The notes under the pieces: model-generated
Database searches by the model: none
Seen by the model: the letters and a program-made list of their open reading frames with translations, nothing else
What the model was told of the DNA's origin: nothing
Program-made: the position numbers and the translations under genes
Source: Octopus vulgaris
Taxonomy: Eukaryota
Reading direction: 5' to 3'
DNA: 64,000 nucleotides
Assembly (NCBI GenBank): GCA_951406725.2
Contig: OX597814.1
Coordinates: 168,950,001-169,014,000 of the forward strand
In this document: positions 13,592-26,151 of the stretch, in pieces
How the letters are laid out: every line of letters starts with the position of its first letter
How positions within the stretch are numbered: the first letter of the stretch is position 1

Positions 13592-13858
13592 TTGGTACCT
13601 ATTTCTTTATTACCCACAAGAGGCTAAACACAGAGAGGACAAACAAGGACAAATGGATTAAGTCGATTATATCAACCCCAGTGCATAACTGGTACTTATT
13701 TAATCGAGCCCGAAAGGATGAGAGGTCAACTTTGCCTTTCATCCTTTCGGGGTCGATTAAATAAGTACCAGTTATACACTGGGGTTGATATAATCGACTT
13801 AATCCGTTTGTCCTCTCTGTGTTTAGCCTCTTGTGGGTAATAAAGAAATAGGTACCAA
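13592..13858. repeat. foldback built from two inverted SINE-B 3' halves
   Basis: Left arm is the reverse complement of the right arm; both terminate in TTGGTACC / GGTACCAA. Confidence 0.9.
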
Positions 13859-15502
13859 TCAACCTGCAGTGAGATTGAAACTTTAACGCACGCACTCATT
13901 AATTTTATATATATATATATATATATACACATACACACACAAATATGCACACACATTTACATACTAAGATATCTGTGTGTCTTCATGTAAAACTGTAATT
14001 ATTAACAATTTCGTAATTGCAATAATGATTTTTTTTCTTCTGTTTTTGTTTGTTTCTGTTTTAAAATAACATGGTTCGTTTGGTGCCAGGCATTTGCAGT
14101 GAACAACAAAACAGGAAATTGTCTAACTCATGGGTTTTGCAAGGCTATTAGTAATATAAGAGAAGCAAATCCAACATGAAGCTGAAATGGTATCTTGCAA
14201 ATTACCAGGTAAATAACTTATTGCTACATCGCAGCAACACTCATGTAATAATAAAGATATAATGATGTTTAAAATAGTCACAATCCCGTCTCCACTTCCC
14301 TACAGATTTTTAAAGAAAGATGTGTAGTTGATTATACACAACCCCAGGACTTCTCAACCACATGAAGGATGAAAGATAAATTTGGACCCAGCAGGATATA
14401 AACTAAGAACACAAAGTATGTGTGTGTGTATGACTATCGCATACATTTTCCACAATTCTCAACTGATTTTCACCAAACTTTACACAACCATCACTTAGAT
14501 TCCAAGGATGGTCATACGCTAGACATTTGCCCAGATCTCCCATGTAATGGTAGTTTGTCCTCTGCTGTACACTCTACAAATTCTATTGCTTGATCACTTT
14601 GCAACGGGGACATGCTACATAGGTAGGCAAGGTAGACAGTGCCTACCTTGAATAAAATAGATACATAGTAACATTTTCCTCTCATGGCAAAATATGCACC
14701 TAATTCAATAAGATAATGAAGATTAGTCTGATTACTATGCATAAAATGCAAAATGTTTTATTTTTTGTAGATTAGGTAGGCATAATTCACCCCTGCTTTT
14801 CAATCTCAGTATTTAAGCTACACATAGTACTGCTGTAGTACACATGCAGCGTACACTTCTACAACACTGTTTTTTTTACATGCTATAAAGGCAGAAGTAG
14901 ATCTGCCTTCAACTTAGTTGCATGCCCGTGTTTTGCTTATTTTTTGTGTGTTTTACTACATAAAGGTCACCAACTGCCTACCCTGAGTAGTGTCTGCTTT
15001 GCCATAATAAAAATATGACAACAAAAGCCATAATGCCTACTTCTATAAGCCCACAAAAAAGCCCCTACAGTTAGGGATTCTGAATTTTTATAACATACAC
15101 GATTGTCATCACTATCACACAATATCCATTTTTCCATGCATGCACAAATCAGATGGAATTTATCAAAGCAGATTTTTGACATCCAAAATATCTCTCCTGT
15201 CACCAACCCACACTTATTTCAAAACAAGGTAATGTTTTCCCATAGGCAGATACATCTATATTTTTTTTTTCGACATTAGAGTGAAATTGAACATGCTTAC
15301 AACCATTACAAGAGGTCAAGACAAAGGTACACACAAGTACACAGTCACATAAACACACACACACACAAATATCAATTGCCTTTTTTTTTTGCCTGTCAAA
15401 ACTTTGGTGAGCCTGGGGTGAAAATAGAAGACACTTGCCTATGGTGCCTTGCAGTGGGACTGACTCAAGTCCATATGGTTGAGATGTAAGCTTCTCAGCT
15501 AC

Positions 15503-15533
<31 letters not shown>

Positions 15534-15887
15534 GACACACAGACAAAGAGGGAAATATGAGTGGAGTAGAGAATGAGGATGTAATAGAATGACGGAGAGA
15601 ATGCATGCATGAGTATATGTAAAATGTAAAGACAAAGGCCACAGTGCTTTCAAAAATCGTTACCAAGAATTCATGTGAGATATAGAAATAGTTAAGTGAC
15701 TATTTCAAAAGCTTTTTTAAAAAAGTGACTAATTTCGATTTTGCTAACTGATGCACATATAGATTACTGATGGTAAAGTAATGAGTTTACAAGTCTGTTT
15801 GTCTATCTATCTTTCTATATATATATATAATACATATCGATTGACAAATACACACACATACACATATATATAAATGTAATACATACA

Positions 15888-15979
15888 TAGATACATATGA
15901 TAGACAGATAGATAGATAGATATAGATAGACAGACAGACAGGTAGATAGATAGATATAGATAGATAGACAGACAGGTAC

Positions 15980-16018
<39 letters not shown>

Positions 16019-16058
16019 TAAACAGACAGACAGACAGATAGATAGATAATAGATAGAT
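15888..16058. repeat. (GATA)n/(GACA)n compound microsatellite
   Basis: Direct reading; explains the three YLSI-rich ORFs. Confidence 0.95.
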
Positions 16059-17067
16059 AATCCATAGCATGTTCTAAATGAATAGAACATAAAACAAGTT
16101 CCATTCAATAAGAATTAGGGAGTAAGATTGTTGGATCTGCTGAAAAATTAACAAAATCTCATTGAGATTTCACTCTAAAGGGCAGAAAAACAGGTCAGAT
16201 AACGAAGACCAAGATACACTATATCCCCAAAATATGAAATTGACAGCCATGGCAAAAACATTTTTGATCTTCAATAGATCTGCTAAATCTTAAGCTAAAC
16301 AATAACTATGAATTAGAGCATAAGAACATTTCTCATCTACCCTTTTATAAAAGCATTTTATACTGTAATGCACAAATTTTAAAAACATGAAATTTACTTC
16401 TTTTATATTCCAAAGGTTGGTTATAGATTTTTTTTCTATACTTTTCCTTTAAGTTTTTTCTTTATTCTTAGAAAAGAAGTTCAGTTCATGGGGAAAAAAA
16501 TTATTGCTTATCAATGGTTATTAGTAAAGATGTCTGGAAAGAGAGAAAGCAAATCTCAGCAGAAAATCAATAACCCATGACTGCTTGCTCACTGGTTCTG
16601 CTTAATGAACAGGAACGAGAACCACTTATTATTAAAGCAGGCAACTAACTAACAGTAAACCACGATGAAGTTTATTGTAGAGACAGACGCTGAAGTACTT
16701 AGGATTTTATGTAACTCTGCGCTTATTGCAACAGGTGAAAGAAAAATGCTGATAACAGATGTCACCTTGATTTAGGGTTAGGGTCGTGAGATGAATAAGA
16801 ATTAAGTGTCTTGAGTGTTTTCCACAAACTTAGTTTTAGATGGTCTAGAAGAGGAAACATACAGTGAAAGGAAAGAAAACAGTAAAAGAAGCTTTCATAT
16901 CTGCAATTGCTATTAACAAAATAAGCTAAATTGTATGAGTTAGTAAGGTTATTATGGTTTCCATCAAATACTGCTCACAGATATGTGTGTATGGTTTTGT
17001 TACAAACAGAAGATAGAATACTCAATTTTATGTTGTGTGTCTAAAGTGAATCACTAAATAATTCATT

Positions 17068-17291
17068 TACCTTTGTGTTACCATATTTTTATTAAAATAT
17101 ACTGCTTTTGTTTCAACTAATTTTGAAAACAATGAAGAATTTATTATAATAATTTTGTCATTATTAAGATGGAGATAAGAACACAAATTAACACAGAATT
17201 CTGTGAGAGAGTTTTAACTTGAATCACTTTAAAACAGCAAAGTTTTATGATAGAAACAGCAGTGGTCTCAGACAGGTTGCTATCAAAAGGG
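17068..17291. mobile_element. piggyBac-like MITE family 2
   Basis: Ends ...TATCAAAAGGG|TTAA; interior (AATGAAGAATTTA, TTTGTCATTATTA) matches the partial copy at 1-200. Confidence 0.6.
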
Positions 17292-18897
17292 TTAATATGT
17301 ATAACTTTATCAACATCTGCAGCACAAGGCCCAGTCTTTGTTGCAGTGTGGCTCCTTCTAAGACCTGGGAGAGGAAGGCCTTCTGTCAGGGATAACATAC
17401 AAAAGGGAAGGACAGTTATAGGTAGCAGAGGAAATGAAGAAAACAAGAATCCAACCAGAAAGAAGTGGAAAAGACAGTCCAGAATCGAGAACAGGGGGGT
17501 GGGGTCAAGTATGCTCCATAGGGAGTGTAAGGACACAGAAAAGTAGTATCCTCATCGTTATCTAAAAAAAATTTTTTTTCCACATGGAAATGACTTGGCT
17601 GATAGTTTCCTGTCACTTGAAAAGGTTCTTATCCATTCAGCATGCTCTGTACATTTTCTCTAATTAGTTTCAATTTTCTTCATGACTACTAAGAGCAAAT
17701 ATCATCACACACATGTACAAACTATGTGTGTGTATATATAAAATGTTTTTCTGTCCTAGACTATTTTGATTCACAGGTCAAAATAAACAGGTGTTATTTT
17801 CTTTTTTCTATTTTCCCATAAGTAATTTCATGCTTTTCTCTTTTTTTTTTCCGTTACTTTGTGTAACTTCTATATTTATTTGTTTACTGAAGCAATAAAA
17901 GTGTCTGACTGCACCTACTTTACAAATGAACAGAATAGTAAAAAGAGAAAGAAAAACAAAATAATCCATAAAAGTCAATAAAAGTCAATCAAAAATTTGC
18001 TTAACTAATGATGATGAGAAGAAACTTGAGATGAAGATCTGATTGGTTTATTGGAATTGTTACGTTTTTTCAAAAAAAAAAAAAAAATCAATATTATAAA
18101 AATTAATAAAAGCAGAAAAAGCTTTTTTTTTAAGAACAAAAATGTGAAAGATATTGAATTTCTGCTCATAAATTAGGAGGTTCAGCTTATATAGTAAGTT
18201 AAGTTATTCTTTTGTTATTTGGATGTTACGGTGACAGAAGCAAACTTGTTACACTGCCGTTTTGAAATATTTAGACCATAACACATAAATAAAAACCAGA
18301 ACCTGAAGAAACTAGGATAGTCTGTGTTGGTAAAAATTATTAAAAGTAAGTTAATGAATATGAATAAATTTATATGGTCTGTAAACTCTAATGTTGCAAG
18401 CAGGTCCCTTCCTTTTTGAAAGAGGAAAAAGAAAACTTTTAGTTTCCGTTTTTTTTAAAACTCTCCATAAGAGCTCTGCCTCAAATAAATGTTAAAATGT
18501 TAGAATTTGTGTTTTCACCAAAACATACAAAATTGTTGCGTTTTGTGAATTGTAATTAAACAAATACAGTTACCATAAAAAAAAAAAAAACTTAAGCAAT
18601 TTATATTGCTGAAAAAGATGCAGAAAAATGGAACCCCTTGATGACTGTGGTGGTTTCATAACCTGTCCCTTGGAGAGTATACTCTGTAGTGAATTCCCAA
18701 TTGCCTATTGCTATTCCTAGAGGGATTTAATCTAGTTCTTTCCTGGGAGCTAATGAAACATTTGTGTCTTGATTATGAGTGAGCACAGAGCTGGAAGAGA
18801 GAGTATGCATATTTTTTTTTCTTATTGCTAACAGCTATGACTGAACTCCGAGCTAAAAGCTGAAAAAGAAAAGATAAACAAAAATGTGTTAACTGAC

Positions 18898-19142
18898 CTT
18901 TTGGCACTGGGACTGAGTCCTTTGTGATATTTTAAGACCTTGTAATCTTTGCTGTCATTTTTGTTAGAATCTCCATTACATGACCTAGCACTGCTTTGAG
19001 TAAGAGCAGAAGTGCCAGCTCCAGAAGCTACCGCTCCTGAAGTAGTAACTCCATTAGTAGTACGGCTTGTGGTACTGCCAGATGCACGCCGTTGACTGGT
19101 AGGTTGGCTACTGGCATGACTAGAGCTGGACCGGCTAGCCAT
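18898..19142 (-). CDS. UBE2E: first coding exon of a class E ubiquitin-conjugating enzyme (UBE2E / Drosophila UbcD2-like); exon spans 18898-19206 including 5'UTR
   Basis: Acceptor TTTTCTATTTACAG|G at 19206; in-frame upstream TAG; ACAATGG start context; 81 codons of Ser/Thr/Gly-rich sequence ending KGLSPSAK; phase-2 donor AAG|GTCAGT at 18897. UBE2E proteins have a low-complexity extension ending L[SG]TSAKR-IQKEL, and I recall vertebrate UBE2E genes having an intron in this Arg codon. The catalytic exons were not found in the window, so the call rests on a short motif plus exon structure. Confidence 0.75.
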
Positions 19143-19404
19143 TGTATTTAAATAAAGTGTGAACTAGAAAAAAGATAAACCTTGACGATAATAATCCCAG
19201 GGAAACCTGTAAATAGAAAATGAATATTTATAATAAATAGATCAACATAACAATGAATTCATCATATAATAAATAAAACAACTAGAAATCAATGAAAAGA
19301 TTGAAGAATGACCCATGATAGCAAATAGCTGACTGAACACAAAAAAATTTGTCATGTTAAGTGAGCTGAAGAGAGAGTTAGCATCCCCAGTGGAAACCTA
19401 TTCT

Positions 19405-19737
19405 TCTTGTCTTGAGACAGAATTCACCTGGGATGGGTTGAGCTGACTTCATTCATCCTCGATGCTGTATCTCTCATAAACGCCAACCAGACCTGGCAAT
19501 TTGAGGCTAACGACTGTGATCTCCAACCACTCCTTATTCCAGCGGCGAATGTTGTAGATATGGGGGCCTAGGTTGTGTTCCAGATCAGCCTTGACTGTCA
19601 TCAGCCAGGTTTTTCGTTGTCCACCACATCGCTTTCGCCAACCCTGAAGGGAAGCTCGGGCAATTGCTTCATAGATGAATCCTCCTGGTTGACGACAGAG
19701 GGCATGACCCAGCCAACACAGACGTCTCGTTAGGAGG
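19405..19737 (-). mobile_element. RTE-clade LINE 3' fragment
   Basis: Translates LLTRRLCWLGHALCRQPGG...GWRKRCGGQRKTWLMTVKADLEHNLGPHIYNIRRWNKEWL, the RxRWxGH / GRxRxTW C-terminus of RTE ORFs. Confidence 0.85.
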
Positions 19738-21869
19738 AAACCTTTACTTGAAGTTATTCTCTAATCTTCTTAAATAAATTATTCCAAGAAGAGGATACAG
19801 TGCTCAAAGCCTTAGATTGCTATCGTTGCCTTAACTCCAAGATAACCTTAATTTAACAGGTTATTATCAAATATAGTTACAGCTATTTCACACCGTTATT
19901 TTAGTCCTGATTTTTTTCAGGCGACAGTTATTCAGTGTAGCACCCTATTTATTTCTATGAGAGTAGGTGTGATTTGATAGACAGATGTGGCTCCTGGTTC
20001 TTACCAGATGTCTTCCTGCAATGTTCAATACAGTTGGTATTCAGCTTGAATAATCTAAAGTTTATGTCTGCAGGAGAAGGATCTATCTGTAAGGAAGGAT
20101 TTAGTTTAAGATGACAAGACTTCTGGGGAGAAAAGACTGGGCAAGGAAAAATTTAATATAGGCACAAACATGGATGTGTTGTTAAGAAACATTGAAGCTA
20201 CATGGTTTCAGGTTCAGTCCCACAATGTGACACCTTGGGTAAATATCTTTTGCTATCAATCCTGTTTGAGAAAATTTGTCTACCAAATTTAAGCCCATCA
20301 TACATACGTACGTACATGTATGATGTATGTATGTATATGTGTCCTTGTGTTTATTCCACCCCACCCACCATTTGACAACTGGTATAGATTTGTTTATGTT
20401 CCTTGTAACTTAACAGTCCAGCAAAGAGACTGATAAACTAGAATAAGTACCAAACTTTAAAAAAAATAAACAGTGGTGAATATGTTCAACTAAACCCTTT
20501 AAAGTGATGCTCCAGCATGGCCCTAGACTGATAGCTGTAGCAAGTAAATGAAAAAGGGGAGAGTTTGGTGGAAAATAAAGTAGTTATGATAAGAATAAAT
20601 GAGTGTATTTGATATTATGCAGCTTGTTAAATTGGAGAAGCAACAAACGTAATTGTAGTACAAGTAAGTAGGGAAGGATAAGCTATGCAACAGGCTAGTG
20701 GATAAAGTGTATGGGTGAATGGAAGTTTGTGTACTGATCGATTGGATGGCTTTTATTGGATTTAGTTTGTTGATTCTGTCATCTACCTGATGTGAATAAT
20801 TACATCTTTCATCTAATTACTGTAAGCTATATTCTTGTATATCAGATTCAATAACCACAAATTACACTGTAATAAACAAGCAAAATAGGAAATTAAAGAG
20901 CTGATCAAATTTAAGTTTAAAGTTTTCTTTGCATGCAGGCACGGCTGTGTTATAAAAGAAACTTGTTTCCCAACCATGTGGTCTTGGGTTCAATCCCACT
21001 GCACAGCACTTTAGGCAAGTTACTTCCAGACTCAGGCCAAACAAAGCCCTGTGAGTGGATCTGGTAGAGAGAAACTTAAAGGCCATGATATATATGCACA
21101 TAAATACATACATATATATATATATATATACACACACATATATATATATATATACACATATGTGTGTGTGTGTAACAGACGTTAAATGATGATGATGTAT
21201 CATCATCATCATTTAACGTCCACTTTCCATGCTGGCATGGGTTAGATGGTTTGACTGGAACTGGTAAGCTAAAGAGCTGCACCAGGTTCCAGTCTGATTT
21301 AGCGTAGTTTCTACAGCTGGATGCCCTTCCTATTGCCAACCACTCCAAGAGTGTAATGGGAGCTTTTAATGGGCCACCATCATGACTATGGTTTCAGTTG
21401 GTTTATATATGTGTATCTGTGTGTGTACCACTGTGTTAGTTTGTTCACATCCCTGTAACTGAGTTAAACAAAAAGAGACAGAATGAGTACCAGGCTTAAA
21501 AATAAGTACTGGGGTCAGTCAGTTTTGTTAGACCTGTCATGTTGGTACTCCAGCATGGTCACAGTCCAAAGACTGAAACAAATAAGATATAAAAGATAAG
21601 CCATTAAACTTCAAGTTCAACTAGAAATATTTTAAGAAGAATATATCAAAATAAATCGTTGTATCCTGTTTTGTTCAGAGTTTACTCTGTTGTAAGTTCA
21701 AACGTGTGACTGCTATCATTTGAAGTTAACGACAGTTGCTGTAATTCAAACCATGAACAAAATTCCTAAGTATATAAGTTGAATAGCAGGAAGTTATCTA
21801 AATCAGCATGTAACTCATGTGGGCTAATACTAATAACGATTTCTATAGACCATAGCAAACACATTTTGA

Positions 21870-21875
<6 letters not shown>

Positions 21876-21951
<76 letters not shown>
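21876..21951. repeat. (GA)n microsatellite
   Basis: Direct reading. Confidence 0.95.
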
Positions 21952-22746
21952 TAGGCAGTCAATTGAATCTCCACAGAAACTTCCGAAGTACTTACGGATG
22001 AAAGGAGCTGTCAACTTCAACAGAATAAGAAAACACCAATGAAATTTCAGAGCAATAGCAAATTAGAAATAAAAAAAAAAAAGAGAAAACAGTATCCTCT
22101 ATAGTTTTTCTATTGCTATTGTTCTAGAAATGTTCACAAAATGAAGTAATCAACACTCACAGAAGGTCACTAACCTGGGGGAAGAGGGAGAGAAATTCAA
22201 TTGTCTCTGCCTCCAGCACATTTGGTACTTAATGTATGAGGAGAGACCAAAGACTACAACTACTACTACCACCACCACCATCACAACTACTACTACTAAT
22301 AATAATAATTTTCAAGGAGAGGGGCTTAGTCAGTTAAATTGATCCCAGTGCCCAACTGGTTCTTATTTTATCAGGGCCACAAAAAGAACCAGAAAAATTA
22401 TTGCAAGGTATCCCCATCCAATATTTTAATGGTTCTGCCAAGACTTGACACTTTATCATCCCACCCTTCTGCCAGAAGAATGAATGACATAGTTGATCAT
22501 GGCAGGATTTGAAATTGGAGCAAGAATAGAATAGAGTAAGGCATTTTTGCTTGACACTCTAATAGCACAAAGTGCCATTGTAGAATAGAGTGTGTAGTGT
22601 GCATGTCTGATACCTGGTGATGGAATCTTCGCTAATCAATTAAATAGCCAGAAATAATAATAATAATAATTATTTTTTCTTCTCTTTTTTTTTAAAAAAA
22701 AAACAGTGGAACAATGAATAATTTATAAATAACAACATATAAATAT

Positions 22747-22988
22747 TGTACATTATTTACATTTGATGGATATTTGTCCTCATTTTGTTTGTTGTTAACA
22801 CGTTTCAGCTGATATACCCTCCAGCTTTCATCAGGTGCCTTGGGGGAAATTTCAAACCTGGGTTCTCATTCCTAAGGTATTTCTTGATGTTATTATTATT
22901 ATAGTTATTATTCAGGTCACTGCCTGGAATCGAACTCGGAATCTTGCAGTTAGTAGCCCGCGCTCTTAACAACTATGCCATATGTCCG
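22747..22988 (-). mobile_element. tRNA-headed SINE with hammerhead-like 3' part (family H), copy 1
   Basis: Minus strand: TGGCATAGTTG A-box, GAGTTCGATTCC B-box, (AAT)n linker, then GGCAC-CTGATGA-A-AGCTG-loop-CAGCT-GAAAC-GTGTT. Confidence 0.75.
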
Positions 22989-23094
22989 TGATCAGTATTC
23001 CATAGGAAAATTGCAAAATGAAAATAGCCTTAAAAAAGAAGGGGGGAAAAAATGGCAGCTATGGTGAGGGAAGTAAAATAAAATAATGTACAGG

Positions 23095-23393
23095 TAGTTG
23101 TTAAAAAGCATGGGCTACTAACCCCAAGATTCTGAGTTCGATTCCAGGTAATGACCTGAATAATAACAATAACAACAATAATGATAATAATAATAATAAA
23201 AATAATAATGATAACAACAACAACATTGAGAAATACCTTAGGAATGAGAACCCAAGTTCGAAATTTACCCAAGACACCTGATGAAGGCTGGAGGATATAT
23301 TGGCCAAAACGTTAACAACAAACAAGATGAGGACAAATATCCATCAAATGTAAATAATGTACATAATTCCTCATCTCTTAAATATACAACTGT
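23095..23393 (+). mobile_element. family H SINE, copy 2
   Basis: Same layout; GACAC-CTGATGA-A-GGCTG-loop-TGGCC-AAAACGTT at 23273-23313. Confidence 0.75.
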
Positions 23394-23488
23394 ATTATAT
23401 AAATATTGGGTTAAAAAACCTTTTGGGCAGCAAAAGTCAAAGGTTGAAGACCTTTTTGTGGGATTAGTTTAGAGAAATAAAAAATAAA

Positions 23489-23656
23489 GGTGCAGGAGTG
23501 GCTGTGTGGTAAGTAGCTTGTTTACCAACCACATGGTTCCGGGTTCAGTCCCACTGCGTGGCACCTTGGGCAAATGTCTACTATAGCCTTGGGCCGACCA
23601 AAGCCTTGTGAGTGGATTTGATAGATGGAAACTGAAAGAAGCCCGTCGTATATATG

Positions 23657-23700
<44 letters not shown>

Positions 23701-23910
23701 TGTGTCTGTGTTTGTCCCCCTAGCATTGCTTGACAACCGATGCTGGTGTGTTTATATCCCCGTTACTTAGCGGTTCGGCAAAAGAGACCGATAAAATAAG
23801 TACTGGGCTTACAATAGAATAAGTCCCGGGGTCGAGTTGCTCGATTAAAGGCGGTGCTCCAGTATGGCCGCAGTCAAAATGACTGAAACAAGTAAAAGAG
23901 TAAAGAGTAA
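23489..23910 (+). mobile_element. SINE family A, young full-length copy
   Basis: GGTGCAGGAGTGGCTGTGTGG head, GGGTTCAGTCCC B-box-like motif, CpGs retained, (AAAGAGT)n tail. Confidence 0.9.
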
Positions 23911-24021
23911 ATGCTATATAATGCAGTCCAACCCATACCAGCATGGAAAAAAATAGATAAGAAAGATGATGATGATAAAAGAAACAGAAATGTAAGATAT
24001 AAAAAAGCCACATATACATAC

Positions 24022-24056
<35 letters not shown>

Positions 24057-24734
24057 AGTGCATGTACATATACATATATACAGACTTGCACTAACTAATG
24101 TAGCTAAACATCAAGCCAAAAATTTTGAATATACTTCCTGATGCAAAAGTTGCAAGTTGGAAGAAGCAAGCTCTTCTGTATATTTAATGAAGGCTTTTAG
24201 TTAGGAAAAATAGCAACAGGTTATCTAGTCTTCCTATAAATATTCCGAGTGCTGATAGATGACAAGTGAAAGTAGCCAATGGTATAATAATGGTGACAAA
24301 GATTTCATGAACTGGCAAATAAATACTCTATGGATTAAAATGTCAGTATTCCATAGGAAAATTGCAAAATGAAAATAGCCTTTGAGAAGAAGGAAAACAA
24401 AAGGCAGAAGAGGTGAGGGAAGTAAAATAGAATAATGTACAGGTAATTTTCGAAGAATTTCCTTCTTAGACAGGAGAGGAAACTAACAATTGTGCTGTGA
24501 ACACATTTAACAATTCATTGGGAGAGCTTTTATGTGATCACTTGACTTTCTGGAAATAGCAGCCAAATCTCTCTCAAATCATATTCAACTGTTGTAAAAA
24601 TATAATAGAACAACACATTGGCAATGTAGTTTTAAATATACAGTAGGATGGTACATATGGCACTTTGTGTTGATGGCACCACAATATTCTGAAAACTAGA
24701 AACAAGAAAATCAAATCTGAATAACAATAACATA

Positions 24735-24993
24735 GTATATATATATATATGTATGTATGTGTGTGTATGTGTTTGTGTGTCTGTGTTTGTCCCCCTAACA
24801 TTGCTTGACAACCGATGCTGGCTGGTATATTTACGTCCCCGTCACTTAGCGGTTCGGCAAAAGAGACCGATAGAATAAGTACTGGGCTTACAAATAATAA
24901 GTCCCGGGGTCGATTTGCTCGACTAAAGGCGGTGCTCCAGCATGGCCGCAGTCAAATGACTGAAACAAGTAAAAGAGTAAAAGAGAAAGAGTA
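24735..24993 (+). mobile_element. SINE family A, 3' half
   Basis: Begins at the internal microsatellite; matches 23700-23910. Confidence 0.85.
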
Positions 24994-25142
24994 AATAGTC
25001 TGTAATAAAAACGTTGCCAGAAAAGTAATCTTGTTCTAGATGAAATGGATCTAATGGTTCCATAGTATAACCATAACCATACTAGTTTAGGGAATCACAC
25101 TCAACTAATTCATTATTACCATCATCATCATTATCATTACTA

Positions 25143-25575
25143 AGGTGATGAGCTGGCAGAATCATTAGCAAGTCAGACAAAATGTGTAACAGCATTTCTT
25201 CCAGCTTTTAGATTGTGAGTGCAAATTCTGAAGTCAACTTTGCCTTTCATCTTTCCAGGATTGAAATAAGTACCAGTTAAGCACTGGGGTTGATATAATT
25301 GACTATCTCCCTCACCCAAAATTCCAGGCCTTGAGCCTATAAAAACAAAAAAGATTATTATCTAAGGTGGTGACTTGGCAAAATCGTTAGCATGCTGGGT
25401 GAAATGTTTAGCAGCATTTTGTCTTTATGGTCTGAGTTCATATTCCACCGAGGTCAACTTTGCCTTTCATCCTTTCTGGGGTTGATGAAATAAGTACCAG
25501 TTACATACTGGGAGTTGATGTAATTGACTACCCCCATCCAAATTTCAAGCCTTGTATCTATAGTAGAAAGGATTA
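25143..25575 (+). mobile_element. two tandem decayed family B-related SINEs
   Basis: Two GGTG.TGA..TGGCA heads (25144, 25366), each followed by the ACTTTGCCTTTCAT core. Confidence 0.75.
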
Positions 25576-26151
25576 TTATTATCATTATTAGAATTATCAT
25601 TTAACCACTGGCCTCAGACAGATGTGTATGATTAAACTTCTGCAGGGAAGATGTGGCGCATGTATGAGATCAAGAACACTGTACTTCTGGGGAAAAAAAA
25701 CAACAACAACAAAGGAATAAGTCCAGTGTTTTTAGCTTGTGATGTGGAAAGTAAGATAAAGTAGATATAACAGCAAGAGGAACAGTGAGGTCATCAGGAG
25801 GGTAGAGTGATCCACTGGAAAAACATTAGTTAAGGTGAAAGAGTACAAAGGGTGGAGAAAATAACTTGACACCGAACTTAATCTAAGTCTGTGCTTGAAG
25901 GACCTCTGTGTGTATGTACTGGGACGAAACACTCGAAAACAAGTGTTGGTGTGGCAAGAAGACTAATAATTACTGAGGTCAATTTGTTCAAGTGAAACTC
26001 ATCAAGGCAACACCCCAATCACTGAACTGAACAAGTAATAGATAGATACAGGATAAAAGATTGTGGACTGCATTATTATTAAAATAAAAAAATATTCAAT
26101 AACAAATCTTAGAGCGAGTTATAAACAGTAGCTGCAACACATTGTGACGTA

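Noticed and set aside
15787-16108. Three overlapping YLSI-rich ORFs
   Set aside because: Translation of a GATA microsatellite.
17144-17616. Overlapping 66-130 aa ORFs
   Set aside because: Start or end inside a MITE, purine-biased, no protein family recognised.
18828-18897. ORF-track continuation SVNTFLFIFSFSAFSSEFSHSC and a possible 38-nt intron
   Set aside because: Reads through a good donor into T-rich intron; the nearby AG acceptors lead to stops within a few codons.
23469-24141. Recurrent ORFs such as RRASFSF...PLTRLWSA and DPERMKGKVDLGGI
   Set aside because: Translations of SINE families A and B.
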